NCBI RefSeq assembly: GCF_009914755.1
Contig: NC_060925.1
Source of the DNA: the human T2T-CHM13v2.0 reference genome, Homo sapiens
Strand: one strand, 5' to 3'
Length of the DNA stretch: 64,000 nucleotides
Part shown: one piece after another, positions 43,001 through 55,200 of the stretch
How positions within the stretch are numbered: the stretch's first letter is position 1
How the letters are laid out: every line of letters starts with the position of its first letter
Position numbers and translations under genes: made by a program
Notes under the pieces: model-generated
Databases searched by the model: none
The model's input: the letters and a program-made list of their open reading frames with translations, nothing else
What the model was told of the DNA's origin: nothing

Positions 43001-46000
43001 CAAAAAGAGTGTTTCAAGTCTGCTCTGTGTAAAGGATCGTTCAACTCTGTGAGTTGAATACACACAACACAAGGAAGTTTCTGAGAAATATTCTGTCTAG
43101 CAGAATATGAAGAAATCCCGTTTCCAACGAAGGCCTCAAGGAGGTCTGAATATCCACTTGCAGACTTTACAAACAGAGTGTTTCCTAACTGCTCTATGAA
43201 AAGAAAGGTTAAACTCTGTGAGTTGAACGCACACATCACAAAGGAGTTTATGAGAATCATTCTGTCTAGTTTCTATAGGAAGATATTTCCTATTCTACCA
43301 TTGACCTCAAAGCGGCTGAAATCTCCACTTGCAAATTCCACAAAAAGAGTGTTTCAAGTCTGCTCTCTGTAAAGGATCGTTCAACTCTGTGAGTTGAATA
43401 CACACAACACAAGGAAGTTTCTGAGAAATATTCTGTCTAGCAGAATATGAAGAAATCCCGTTTCCAACGAAGGTCTCAAAGAGGTCTGAATATCCACTTG
43501 CAGACTTTACAAACAGAGTGTTTCCTAACTGCTCTATGAAAAGAAAGGTTAAACTCTGTGAGTTGAACGCACACATCACAAAGGAGTTTATGAGAATCAT
43601 TCTGTCTAGTTTGTATAAGAAGATACTTCCTATTCTACCATTGACCTCAAAGCGGCTGAAATCTCCACTTGCAAATTCGACAAAAAGAGTGTTTCAAGCC
43701 TGCTCTCTGTAAAGGATCCTTCAACTCTGTGAGTTGAATACACACAACACAAGGAAGTTACTGAGAATTATTCTGTCTAGCATAATATGAAGAAATCCCG
43801 TTTCCAACGAAGGCCTCAAAGAGGTCTGAATATCCACTTGCAGACTTTACAAACAGAGTGTTTCCTAACTGCTCTATGAGAAGAAAAGTTAAACTCTGTG
43901 AGTTGAACGCACACATCACAAAAGATTTTCTGAGAATCATTCTGTCTAGTCTTTATATGAAGATAGTTTCCTTTTCTACCATTGACCTCAAAGCGGCTGA
44001 AATCTCCACTTGCAAATTCCACAAAAAGAGTGTTTCAAGTCTGCTCTGTGTAAAGGATCGTTCAACTCTGTGAGTTGAATACACACAACACAAGGAAGTT
44101 ACTGAGAATTCTTCTGTCTAGCAGAATAGGAAGAAATCCCGTTTCCAACGAAGGCCACAAGATGTCAGAATATCCACTTACAGACTTTACAAACAGAGTG
44201 TTTCCTAACTGCTCTATGAACAGAAAGGTTAGACTCTGTGAGTTGAACGAACACATCACAACGCAGTTTGTGGGAATGATTCTGTCTAGTTTTGAAACGA
44301 AGATATTTCCTTTTCTGCCGTTGACCTTAAAGCGCTTGAAATCTACACTTGCAAATTGCACAAATAGAGTGTTTCAAATCTGCTCTGTCTAAGGGAACGT
44401 TCAACTCTGTGAGTTGAATGCACACAACACAAGGAAGTTACTGGGAATTCTTCTGTCTAGCCTTACATGAAAAAACCCGTTTCCAACGAAGGCCTCTAAG
44501 TGGTCAAAATATCCACGTGCAGACTTTACAAACAGAGTGTTTCCAAACCGCTGAATGAAAAGAAAAGTTGAACTCTGAGAGTTGAACGCACACATCACGC
44601 AGCAGTTTCTGAGAATGATTCTGTCTAGTTTTTATACGAAGATATTTCCTTTTCTGCCTTTGGCCCCAAAGCGCTTGAAATCTCCACTTGCAAATTCCAC
44701 AAAAACAGTGTTTCAAATCTGCTCTCTCTAAATGAAAGTTCAACTCTGTCAGTTGAATACACACAACACAAGGAAGTTACTGAGAATTCTTCTGTCTAGC
44801 ATAATATGAAGAAATCCCGTTTCCAACGAAGGCCTCAAAGGGGTCTGAATATCCACTTGCAGACTTTATAAACAGAGTGTTTACTAACTGCTCTATGAAA
44901 AGAAAGGTTAAACTCTGTGAGTTGAACACACACATCACAAAGGAGTTTCTGAGAATCATTCTGTCTAGTTTTTCTACGAAGATATTTCCTTTTCTACTAT
45001 TGACCTCAAAGCGGCTGAAATCTCCACTTGCAAATTCCACAAAAAGAGTGTTTCAAGTCTGCTCTGTGTAAAGGATCGTTCAACTCTGTGAGTTGAATAC
45101 ACACAACACAAGGAAGTTTCTGAGAAATATTCTGTCTAGCAGAATATGAAGAAATCCCGTTTCCAACGAAGGCCTCAAGGAGGTCTGAATATCCACTTGC
45201 AGACTTTACAAACAGAGTGTTTCCTAACTGCTCTATGAAAAGAAAGGTTAAACTCTGTGAGTTGAACGCACACATCACAAAGGAGTTTATGAGAATCATT
45301 CTGTCTAGTTTCTATAGGAAGATATTTCCTATTCTACCATTGACCTCAAAGCGGCTGAAATCTCCACTTGCAAATTCCACAAAAAGAGTGTTTCAAGTCT
45401 GCTCTCTGTAAAGGATCGTTCAACTCTGTGAGTTGAATACACACAACACAAGGAAGTTTCTGAGAAATATTCTGTCTAGCAGAATATGAAGAAATCCCGT
45501 TTCCAACGAAGGTCTCAAAGAGGTCTGAATATCCACTTGCAGACTTTACAAACAGAGTGTTTCCTAACTGCTCTATGAAAAGAAAGGTTAAACTCTGTGA
45601 GTTGAACGCACACATCACAAAGGAGTTTATGAGAATCATTCTGTCTAGTTTGTATAAGAAGATACTTCCTATTCTACCATTGACCTCAAAGCGGCTGAAA
45701 TCTCCACTTGGAAATTCGACAAAAAGAGTGTTTCAAGCCTGCTCTCTGTAAAGGATCCTTCAACTCTGTGAGTTGAATACACACAACACAAGGAAGTTAC
45801 TGAGAATTATTCTGTCTAGCATAATATGAAGAAATCCCGTTTCCAACGAAGGCCTCAAAGAGGTCTGAATATCCACTTGCAGACTTTACAAACAGAGTGT
45901 TTCCTAACTGCTCTATGAGAAGAAAAGTTAAACTCTGTGAGTTGAACGCACACATCACAAAAGATTTTCTGAGAATCATTCTGTCTAGTCTTTATATGAA

Positions 46001-46915
46001 GATAGTTTCCTTTTCTACCATTGACCTCAAAGCGGCTGAAATCTCCACTTGCAAATTCCACAAAAAGAGTGTTTCAAGTCTGCTCTGTGTAAAGGATCGT
46101 TCAACTCTGTGAGTTGAATACACACAACACAAGGAAGTTACTGAGAATTCTTCTGTCTAGCAGAATAGGAAGAAATCCCGTTTCCAACGAAGGCCACAAG
46201 ATGTCAGAATATCCACTTACAGACTTTACAAACAGAGTGTTTCCTAACTGCTCTATGAACAGAAAGGTTAGACTCTGTGAGTTGAACGAACACATCACAA
46301 CGCAGTTTGTGGGAATGATTCTGTCTAGTTTTGAAACGAAGATATTTCCTTTTCTGCCGTTGACCTTAAAGCGCTTGAAATCTACACTTGCAAATTGCAC
46401 AAATAGAGTGTTTCAAATCTGCTCTGTCTAAGGGAACGTTCAACTCTGTGAGTTGAATGCACACAACACAAGGAAGTTACTGGGAATTCTTCTGTCTAGC
46501 CTTACATGAAAAAACCCGTTTCCAACGAAGGCCTCTAAGTGGTCAAAATATCCACGTGCAGACTTTACAAACAGAGTGTTTCCAAACCGCTGAATGAAAA
46601 GAAAAGTTGAACTCTGAGAGTTGAACGCACACATCACGCAGCAGTTTCTGAGAATGATTCTGTCTAGTTTTTATACGAAGATATTTCCTTTTCTGCCTTT
46701 GGCCCCAAAGCGCTTGAAATCTCCACTTGCAAATTCCACAAAAACAGTGTTTCAAATCTGCTCTCTCTAAATGAAAGTTCAACTCTGTCAGTTGAATACA
46801 CACAACACAAGGAAGTTACTGAGAATTCTTCTGTCTAGCATAATATGAAGAAATCCCGTTTCCAACGAAGGCCTCAAAGGGGTCTGAATATCCACTTGCA
46901 GACTTTATAAACAGA
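4097..46915 (-). repeat. Homogeneous block of 21 tandem 12-mer HORs, period exactly 2039 bp
   Basis: The anchor falls at 4097, 6136, 8175 ... 44877, 46916, and (46916-4097)/2039 = 21. The ORF track repeats almost unchanged. There is one BamHI site (ggatcc, 4973) and one BsaI site (ggtctc, 4731) per unit. Confidence 0.97.
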
Positions 46916-49291
46916 GTGTTTACTAACTGCTCTATGAAAAGAAAGGTTAAACTCTGTGAGTTGAACACACACATCACAAAGGAGTTTCTGAGAATCATTC
47001 TGTCTAGTTTTTCTACGAAGATATTTCCTTTTCTACTATTGACCTCAAAGCGGCTGAAATCTCCACTTGCAAATTCCACAAAAAGAGTGTTTCAAGTCTG
47101 CTCTGTGTAAAGGATCGTTCAACTCTGTGAGTTGAATACACACAACACAAGGAAGTTACTGAGAATTCTTCTGTCTAGCAGAAGAGGAAGAAATCCCGTT
47201 TCCAACGAAGGCCTCAAAGAGGTCTGAATATCCACTTGCAGACTTTACAAACAGAGTGTTTCCTAACTGCTCTATGAAAAGAAAAGTTAAACTCTGTGAG
47301 TTGAACGCACACATCACAAAGGAGTTTCTGAGAATCGTTCTGTCTAGTTTCTATAGGAAGATATTTCCTATTCTACCATTGACCTCAAAGCGGCTGAAAT
47401 CTCCACTTGCAAATTCCACAAAAAGAATGTTTCAAGTCTGCTCTGTGTAAAGGATCGTTCAACTCTGTGAGTTGAATACACACAACACAAGGAAGTTACT
47501 GAGAATTATTCTGTCTAGCATAATATGAAGAAATCCCGTTTCCAACGAAGGCCCCAAAGAGGTCTGAATATCCACTTGCAGACTTTACAGAGTGTTTCCT
47601 AACTGCTCTATGAAAAGAAAAGTTAAACTCTGTGAGTTGAACGCACACATCACAAAGGAGTTTATGAGAATCATTCTGTCTAGTCTTTATACGAAGATAT
47701 TTCCTTTTCTACCATTGACCTCAAAGCGGCTGAAATCTCCACTTGCAAATTCCACAAAAAGAGTGTTTCAAGTCTGCTCTGTGTAAAGGATCATTCAACT
47801 CTGTGAGTTGAATAAACACAACACAAGGAAGTTACTGAGAATTCTTCTGTCTAGCAGAATATGTAGAAATCCCGTTTCCAACGAAGGCCTCAAGGAGGTC
47901 GGAATATCCACTTGCAGACTTTACAAACAGAGTGTTTCCTAACTGCTCTATGAAAAGAAAGGTTAAACTCTGTGAGTTGAACGCACACATCACAAAGGAG
48001 TTCATGAGAATCATTCTGTCTAGTTTCTATAAGAAGATATTTCCTATTCTACCATTGACCTCAAAGCGGCTGAAATCTCCACTTGCAAATTCGACAAAAA
48101 GAGTGTTGCAAGCCTGCTCTCTGTAAAGGATCCTTCAACTCTGTGAGTTGAATACACACAACACAAGGAAGTTACTGAGAATTATTCTGTCTAGCATAAT
48201 ATGAAGAAATCCCGTTTCCAACGAAGGCCTCAAAGAGGTCTGAATATCCACTTGCAGACTTTACAAACAGAGTGTTTCCTAACTGCTCTATGAGAAGAAA
48301 AGTTAAACTCTGTTAGTTGAACGCACACATCACAAAAGATTTTCTGAGAATCATTCTGTCTAGTCTTTATATGAAGATAGTTTCCTTTTCTACCATTGAC
48401 CTCAAAGCGGCTGAAATCTCCACTTGCAAATTCCACAAAAAGAGTGTTTCAAGTCTGCTCTGTGTAAAGGATCGTTCAACTCTGTGAGTTGAATACACAC
48501 AACACAAGGAAGTTACTGAGAATTCTTCTGTCTAGCAGAATAGGAAGAAATCCCGTTTCCAACGAAGGCCACAAGATGTCAGAATATCCACTTACAGACT
48601 TTACAAACAGAGTGTTTCCTAACTGCTCTATGAACAGAAAGGTTAAACTCTGTGAGTTGAACGAACACATCACAACGCAGTTTGTGGGAATGATTCTGTC
48701 TAGTTTTGAAACGAAGATATTTCCTTTTCTGCCGTTGACCTTAAAGCGCTTGAAATCTACACTTGCAAATTGCACAAATAGAGTGTTTCAAATCTGCTCT
48801 GTCTAAGGGAACGTTCAACTCTGTGAGTTGAATGCACACAACACAAGGAAGTTACTGGGAATTCTTCTGTCTAGCCTTACATGAAAAAAACCCGTTTCCA
48901 ACGAAAGCCTCTAAGTGGTCAAAATTTCCACGTGCAGACTTTACAAACAGAGTGTTTCCAAACCGCTGAATGAAAAGAAAAGTTAAACTCTGAGAGTTGA
49001 ACGCACACATCACGCAGCAGTTTCTGAGAATGATTCTGTCTAGTTTTTATACGAAGATATTTCCTTTTCTGCCTTTGGCCCCAAAGCGCTTGAAATCTCC
49101 ACTTGCAAATTCCACAAAAACAGTGTTTCAAATCTGCTCTCTCTAAATGAAAGTTCAACTCTGTCAGTTGAATACACACAACACAAGGAAGTTACTGAGA
49201 ATTCTTCTGTCTAGCATAATATGAAGAAATCCCGTTTCCAACGAAGGCCTCAAAGGGGTCTGAATATCCACTTGCAGACTTTATAAACAGA
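46916..49291 (-). repeat. 14-mer HOR variant (2376 bp; 4 bp deletion near 47589)
   Basis: Anchors at 46916 and 49292; 'gactttacagagtg' replaces 'gactttacaaacagagtg'. Confidence 0.9.
47701..47717 (+). promoter_or_regulatory. pJ-alpha-type box of the A monomer (representative; alternates with CENP-B boxes)
   Basis: ttccttttctaccattg sits at the position homologous to the CENP-B box, 169 bp before the box at 47870. It matches the recalled consensus TTCCTTTTYCACCRTAG at 15/17 positions. Confidence 0.65.
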
Positions 49292-52200
49292 GTGTTTACT
49301 AACTGCTCTATGAAAAGAAAGGTTAAACTCTGTGAGTTGAACACACACATCACAAAGGAGTTTCTGAGAATCATTCTGTCTAGTTTTTCTACGAAGATAT
49401 TTCCTTTTCTACTATTGACCTCAAAGCGGCTGAAATCTCCACTTGCAAATTCCACAAAAAGAGTGTTTCAAGTCTGCTCTGTGTAAAGGATCGTTCAACT
49501 CTGTGAGTTGAATACACACAACACAAGGAAGTTACTGAGAATTATTCTGTCTAGCAGAATATGAAGAAATCCCGTTTCCAACGAAGGCCTCAAAGAGGTC
49601 TGAATATCCACTTGCAGACTTTACAAACAGAGTGTTTCCTAACTGCTCTATGAAAAGAAAGGTTAAACTCTGTGAGTTGAACGCACACATCACAAAGGAG
49701 TTTCTGAGAATCGTTCTGTCTAGTTTCTATAGGAAGATATTTCCTATTCTACCATTGACCTCAAAGCGGCTGAAATCTCCACTTGCAAATTCCACAAAAA
49801 GAATGTTTCAAGTCTGCTCTGTGTAAACGATCGTTCAACTCTGTGAGTTGAATACACACAACACAAGGAAGTTACTGAGAATTCTTCTGTCTAGCATAAT
49901 ATGAAGAAATCCCGTTTCCAACGAAGGCCTCAAAGAGGTCTGAATATCCACTTGCAGACTTTACAAACAGAGTGTTTCCTAACTGCTCTATGAAAAGAAA
50001 AGTTAAACTCTTTGAGTTGAACGCACACATCACAAAGGAGTTTCTGAGAATCATTCTGTCTAGTCTTTATACGAAGATATTTCCTTTTCTACCATTGACC
50101 TCAAAGCGGCTGAAATCTCCACTTGCAAATTCCACAAAAAGAGTGTTTCAAGTCTGCTCTGTGTAAAGGATCGTTCAACTCTGTGAGTTGAATACACACA
50201 ACACAAGGAAGTTACTGAGAATTCTTCTGTCTAGCAGAATATGAAGAAATCCCGTTTCCAACGAAGGCCTCAAGGAGGTCTGAATATCCACTTGCAGACT
50301 TTACAAACAGAGTGTATCCTAACTGCTCTATGAACAGAAAGGTTAAACTCTGTGAGTTGAACGCACACATCACAAAGGACTTTCTGAGAATCATTCTGTC
50401 TAGTCTTTATACGAAGATATTTACTTTTCTACCATTGACCTCAAAGCGGCTGAAATCTCCACTTGCAAATTCCACAAAAAGAGTGTTTCAAGTCTGCTCT
50501 GTGTAAAGGATCGTTCAACTCTGTGAGTTGAATAAACACAACACAAGGAAGTTACTGAGAATTCTTCTGTCTAGCAGAATATGAAGAAAACCCGTTTCCA
50601 ACGAAGGCCTCAAGGAGGTCTGAATATCCACTTGCAGACTTTACAAACAGAGTGTTTCCTAACTGCTCTATGAACAGAAAGGTTAAACTCTGTGAGTTGA
50701 ACGCACACATCACAAAGGAGTTCATGAGAATCATTTTGTCTAGGTTCTGTAAGAAGATATTTCCTATTCTACCATTGACCTCAAAGCGGCTGAAATCTCC
50801 ACTTGCAAATTCGACAAAAAGAGTGTTTCAAGCCTGCTCTCTGTAAAGGATCCTTCAACTCTGTGAGTTGAATACACACAACACAAGGAAGTTACTGAGA
50901 ATTATTCTGTCTAGCATAATATGAAGAAATCCCGTTTCCAACGAAGGCCTCAAAGAGGTCTGAATATCCACTTGCACACTTTACAAACAGAGTGTTTCCT
51001 AACTGCTCTATGAGAAGAAAAGTTAAACTCTGTGAGTTGAACGCACACATCACAAAAGATTTTCTGAGAATCATTCTGTCTAGTCTTTATATGAAGATAG
51101 TTTCCTTTTCTACCATTGACCTCAAAGCGGCTGAAATCTCCACTTGCAAATTCCACAAAAAGAGTGTTTCAAGTCTGCTCTGTGTAAAGGATCGTTCAAC
51201 TCTGTGAGTTGAATACACACAACACAAGGAAGTTACTGAGAATTCTTCTGTCTAGCAGAATAGGAAGAAATCCCGTTTCCAACGAAGGCCACAAGATGTC
51301 AGAATATCCACTTACAGACTTTACAAACAGAATGTTTCCTAACTGCTCTATGAACAGAAAGGTTAAACTCTGTGAGTTGAACGAACACATCACAACGCAG
51401 TTTGTGGGAATGATTCTGTCTAGTTTTGAAACGAAGATATTTCCTTTTCTGCCGTTGACCTTAAAGCGCTTGAAATCTACACTTGCAAATTGCACAAATA
51501 GAGTGTTTCAAATCTGCTCTGTCTAAGGGAACGTTCAACTCTGTGAGTTGAATGCACACAACACAAGGAAGTTACTGGGAATTCTTCTGTCTAGCCTTAC
51601 ATGAAAAAAACCCGTTTCCAACGAAGGCCTCTAAGTGGTCAAAATTTCCACGTGCAGACTTTACAAACAGAGTGTTTCCAAACCGCTGAATGAAAAGAAA
51701 AGTTAAACTCTGAGAGTTGAACGCACACATCACGCAGCAGTTTCTGAGAATGATTCTGTCTAGTTTTTATACGAAGATATTTCCTTTTCTGCCTTTGGCC
51801 CCAAAGCGCTTGAAATCTCCACTTGCAAATTCCACAAAAACAGTGTTTCAAATCTGCTCTCTCTAAATGAAAGTTCAACTCTGTCAGTTGAATACACACA
51901 ACACAAGGAAGTTACTGAGAATTCTTCTGTCTAGCATAATATGAAGAAATCCCGTTTCCAACGAAGGCCTCAAAGGGGTCTGAATATCCACTTGCAGACT
52001 TTATAAACAGAGTGTTTACTAACTGCTCTATGAAAAGAAAGGTTAAACTCTGTGAGTTGAACACACACATCACAAAGGAGTTTCTGAGAATCATTCTGTC
52101 TAGTTTTTCTACGAAGATATTTCCTTTTCTACTATTGACCTCAAAGCGGCTGAAATCTCCACTTGCAAATTCCACAAAAAGAGTGTTTCAAGTCTGCTCT

Positions 52201-55200
52201 GTGTAAAGGATCGTTCAACTCTGTGAGTTGAATACACACAACACAAGGAAGTTACTGAGAATTATTCTGTCTAGCAGAATATGAAGAAATCCCGTTTCCA
52301 ACGAAGGCCTCAAAGAGGTCTGAATATCCACTTGCATACTTTACAAACAGAGTGTTTCCTAACTGCTCTATGAAAAGAAAAGTTAAACTCTGTGAGTTGA
52401 ACGCACACATCACAAAGGAGTTTCTGAGAATCGTTCTGTCTAGTTTCTATAGGAAGATATTTCCTATTCTACCATTGACCTCAAAGCGGCTGAAATCTCC
52501 ACTTGCAAATTCCACAAAAAGAATGTTTCAAGTCTGCTCTGTGTAAACGATCGTTCAACTCTGTGAGTTGAATACACACAACACAAGGAAGTTACTGAGA
52601 ATTCTTCTGTCTAGCATAATATGAAGAAATCCCGTTTCCAACGAAGGCCTCAAAGAGGTCTGAATATCCACTTGCAGACTTTACAAACAGAGTGTTTCCT
52701 AACTGCTCTATGAAAAGAAAAGTTAAACTCTGTGATTTGAACGCACACATCACAAAGGAGTTTCTGAGAATCATTCTGTCTGGTCTTTATACGAAGATAT
52801 TTCCTTTTCTACCATTGACCTCAAAGCGGCTGAAATCTCCACTTGCAAATTCCACAAAAAGAGTGTTTCAAGTCTGCTCTGTGTAAAGGATCGTTCAACT
52901 CTGTGAGATGAATACACACAACACAAGGAAGTTACTGAGAATTCTTCTGTCTAGCAGAATATGAAGAAATCCCGTTTCCAACGAAGGCCTCAAGGAGGTC
53001 TGAATATCCACTTGCAGACTTTACAAACAGAGTGTTTCCTAACTGCTCTATGAACAGAAAGGTTAAACTCTGTGAGTTGAACGCACACATCACAAAGGAG
53101 TTTCTGAGAATCATTCTGTCTAGTCTTTATACGAAGATATTTACTTTTCTACCATTGACCTCAAAGCGGCTGAAATCTCCACTTGCAAATTCCACAAAAA
53201 GAGTGTTTCAAGTCTGCTCTGTGTAAAGGATCATTCAACTCTGTGAGTTGAATAAACACAACACAAGGAAGTTACTGAGAATTCTTCTGTCTAGCAGAAT
53301 ATGAAGAAATACCGTTTCCAACGAAGGCCTCAAGGAGGTCGGAATATCCACTTGCAGACTTTACAAACAGAGTGTTTCCTAACTGCTCTATGAAAAGAAA
53401 GGTTAAACTCTGTGAGTTGAACGCACACATCACAAAGGAGTTCATGAGAATCATTCTGTCTAGTTTCTATAAGAAGATATTTCCTATTCTACCATTGACC
53501 TCAAAGCGGCTGAAATCTCCACTTGCAAATTCGACAAAAAGAGTGTTGCAAGCCTGCTCTCTGTAAAGGATCCTTCAACTCTGTGAGTTGAATACACACA
53601 ACACAAGGAAGTTACTGAGAATTATTCTGTCTAACATAAAATGAAGAAATCCCGTTTCCAACGAAGGCCTCAAAGAGGTCTGAATATCCACTTGCACACT
53701 TTACAAACAGATTGTTTCCTAACTGCTCTATGAGAAGAAAAGTTAAACTCTGTGAGTTGAACGCACACATCACAAAAGATTTTCTGAGAATCATTCTGTC
53801 TAGTCTTTATATGAAGATAGTTTCCTTTTCTACCATTGACCTCAAAGCGGCTGAAATCTCCACTTGCAAATTCCACAAAAAGAGTGTTTCAAGTCTGCTG
53901 TGTGTAAAGGATCGTTCAACTCTGTGAGTTGAATACACACAACACAAGGAAGTTACTGAGAATTCTTCTGTCTAGCAGAATATGAAGAAATCCCGTTTCC
54001 AACGAAGGCCACAAGATGTCAGAATATCCACTTACAGACTTTACAAACAGAGTGTTTCCTAACTGCTCTATGAACAGAAAGGTTAAACTCTGTGAGTTGA
54101 ACGAACACATCACAACGCAGTTTGTGGGAATGATTCTGTCTAGTTTTGAAACGAAGATATTTCCTTTTCTGCCGTTGACCTTAAAGCGCTTGAAATCTAC
54201 ACTTGCAAACTGCACAAATAGAGTGTTTCTAATCTGCTCTGTCTAAGGGAACGTTCAACTCTGTGAGTTGAATGCACACAACACAAGGAAGTTACTGGGA
54301 ATTCTTCTGTCTAGCCTTACATGAAAAAAACCCGTTTCCAACGAAGGCCTCTAAGTGGTCAAAATTTCCACGTGCAGACTTTACAAACAGAGTGTTTCCA
54401 AACCGCTGAATGAAAAGAAAAGTTAAACTCTGAGAGTTGAACGCACACATCACGCAGCAGTTTCTGAGAATGATTCTGTCTAGTTTTTATACGAAGATAT
54501 TTCCTTTTCTGCCTTTGGCCCCAAAGCGCTTGAAATCTCCACTTGCAAATTCCACAAAAACAGTGTTTCAAATCTGCTCTCTCTAAATGAAAGTTCAACT
54601 CTGTCAGTTGAATACACACAACACAAGGAAGTTACTGAGAATTCTTCTGTCTAGCAAAATATGAAGAAATCCCGTTTCCAACGAAGGCCTCAAAGGGGTC
54701 TGAATATCCACTTGCAGACTTTATAAACAGAGTGTTTACTAACTGCTCTATGAAAAGAAAGGTTAAACTCTGTGAGTTGAACACACACATCACAAAGGAG
54801 TTTCTGAGAATCATTCTGTCTAGTTTTTCTACGAAGATATTTCCTTTTCTACTATTGACCTCAAAGCGGCTGAAATCTCCACTTGCAAATTCCACAAAAA
54901 GAGTGTTTCAAGTCTGCTCTGTGTAAAGGATCGTTCAACTCTGTGAGTTGAATACACACAACACAAGGAAGTTACTGAGAATTATTCTGTCTAGCAGAAT
55001 ATGAAGAAATCCCGTTTCCAACGAAGGCCTCAAAGAGGTCTGAATATCCACCTGCAGACTTTACAAACAGAGTGTTTCCTAACTGCTCTATGAAAAGAAA
55101 GGTTAAACTCTGTGAGTTGAACGCACACATCACAAGAGTTTCTGAGAATCGTTCTGTCTAGTTTCTATAGGAAGATATTTCCTATTCTACTATTGACCTC

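Noticed and set aside
4097-46915. Synthetic or simulated repeat, or a single rolling-circle insertion
   Set aside because: Linked, spatially clustered variants and alleles shared with the adjacent left flank point to stepwise natural duplication. Exact copy number still needs read validation.
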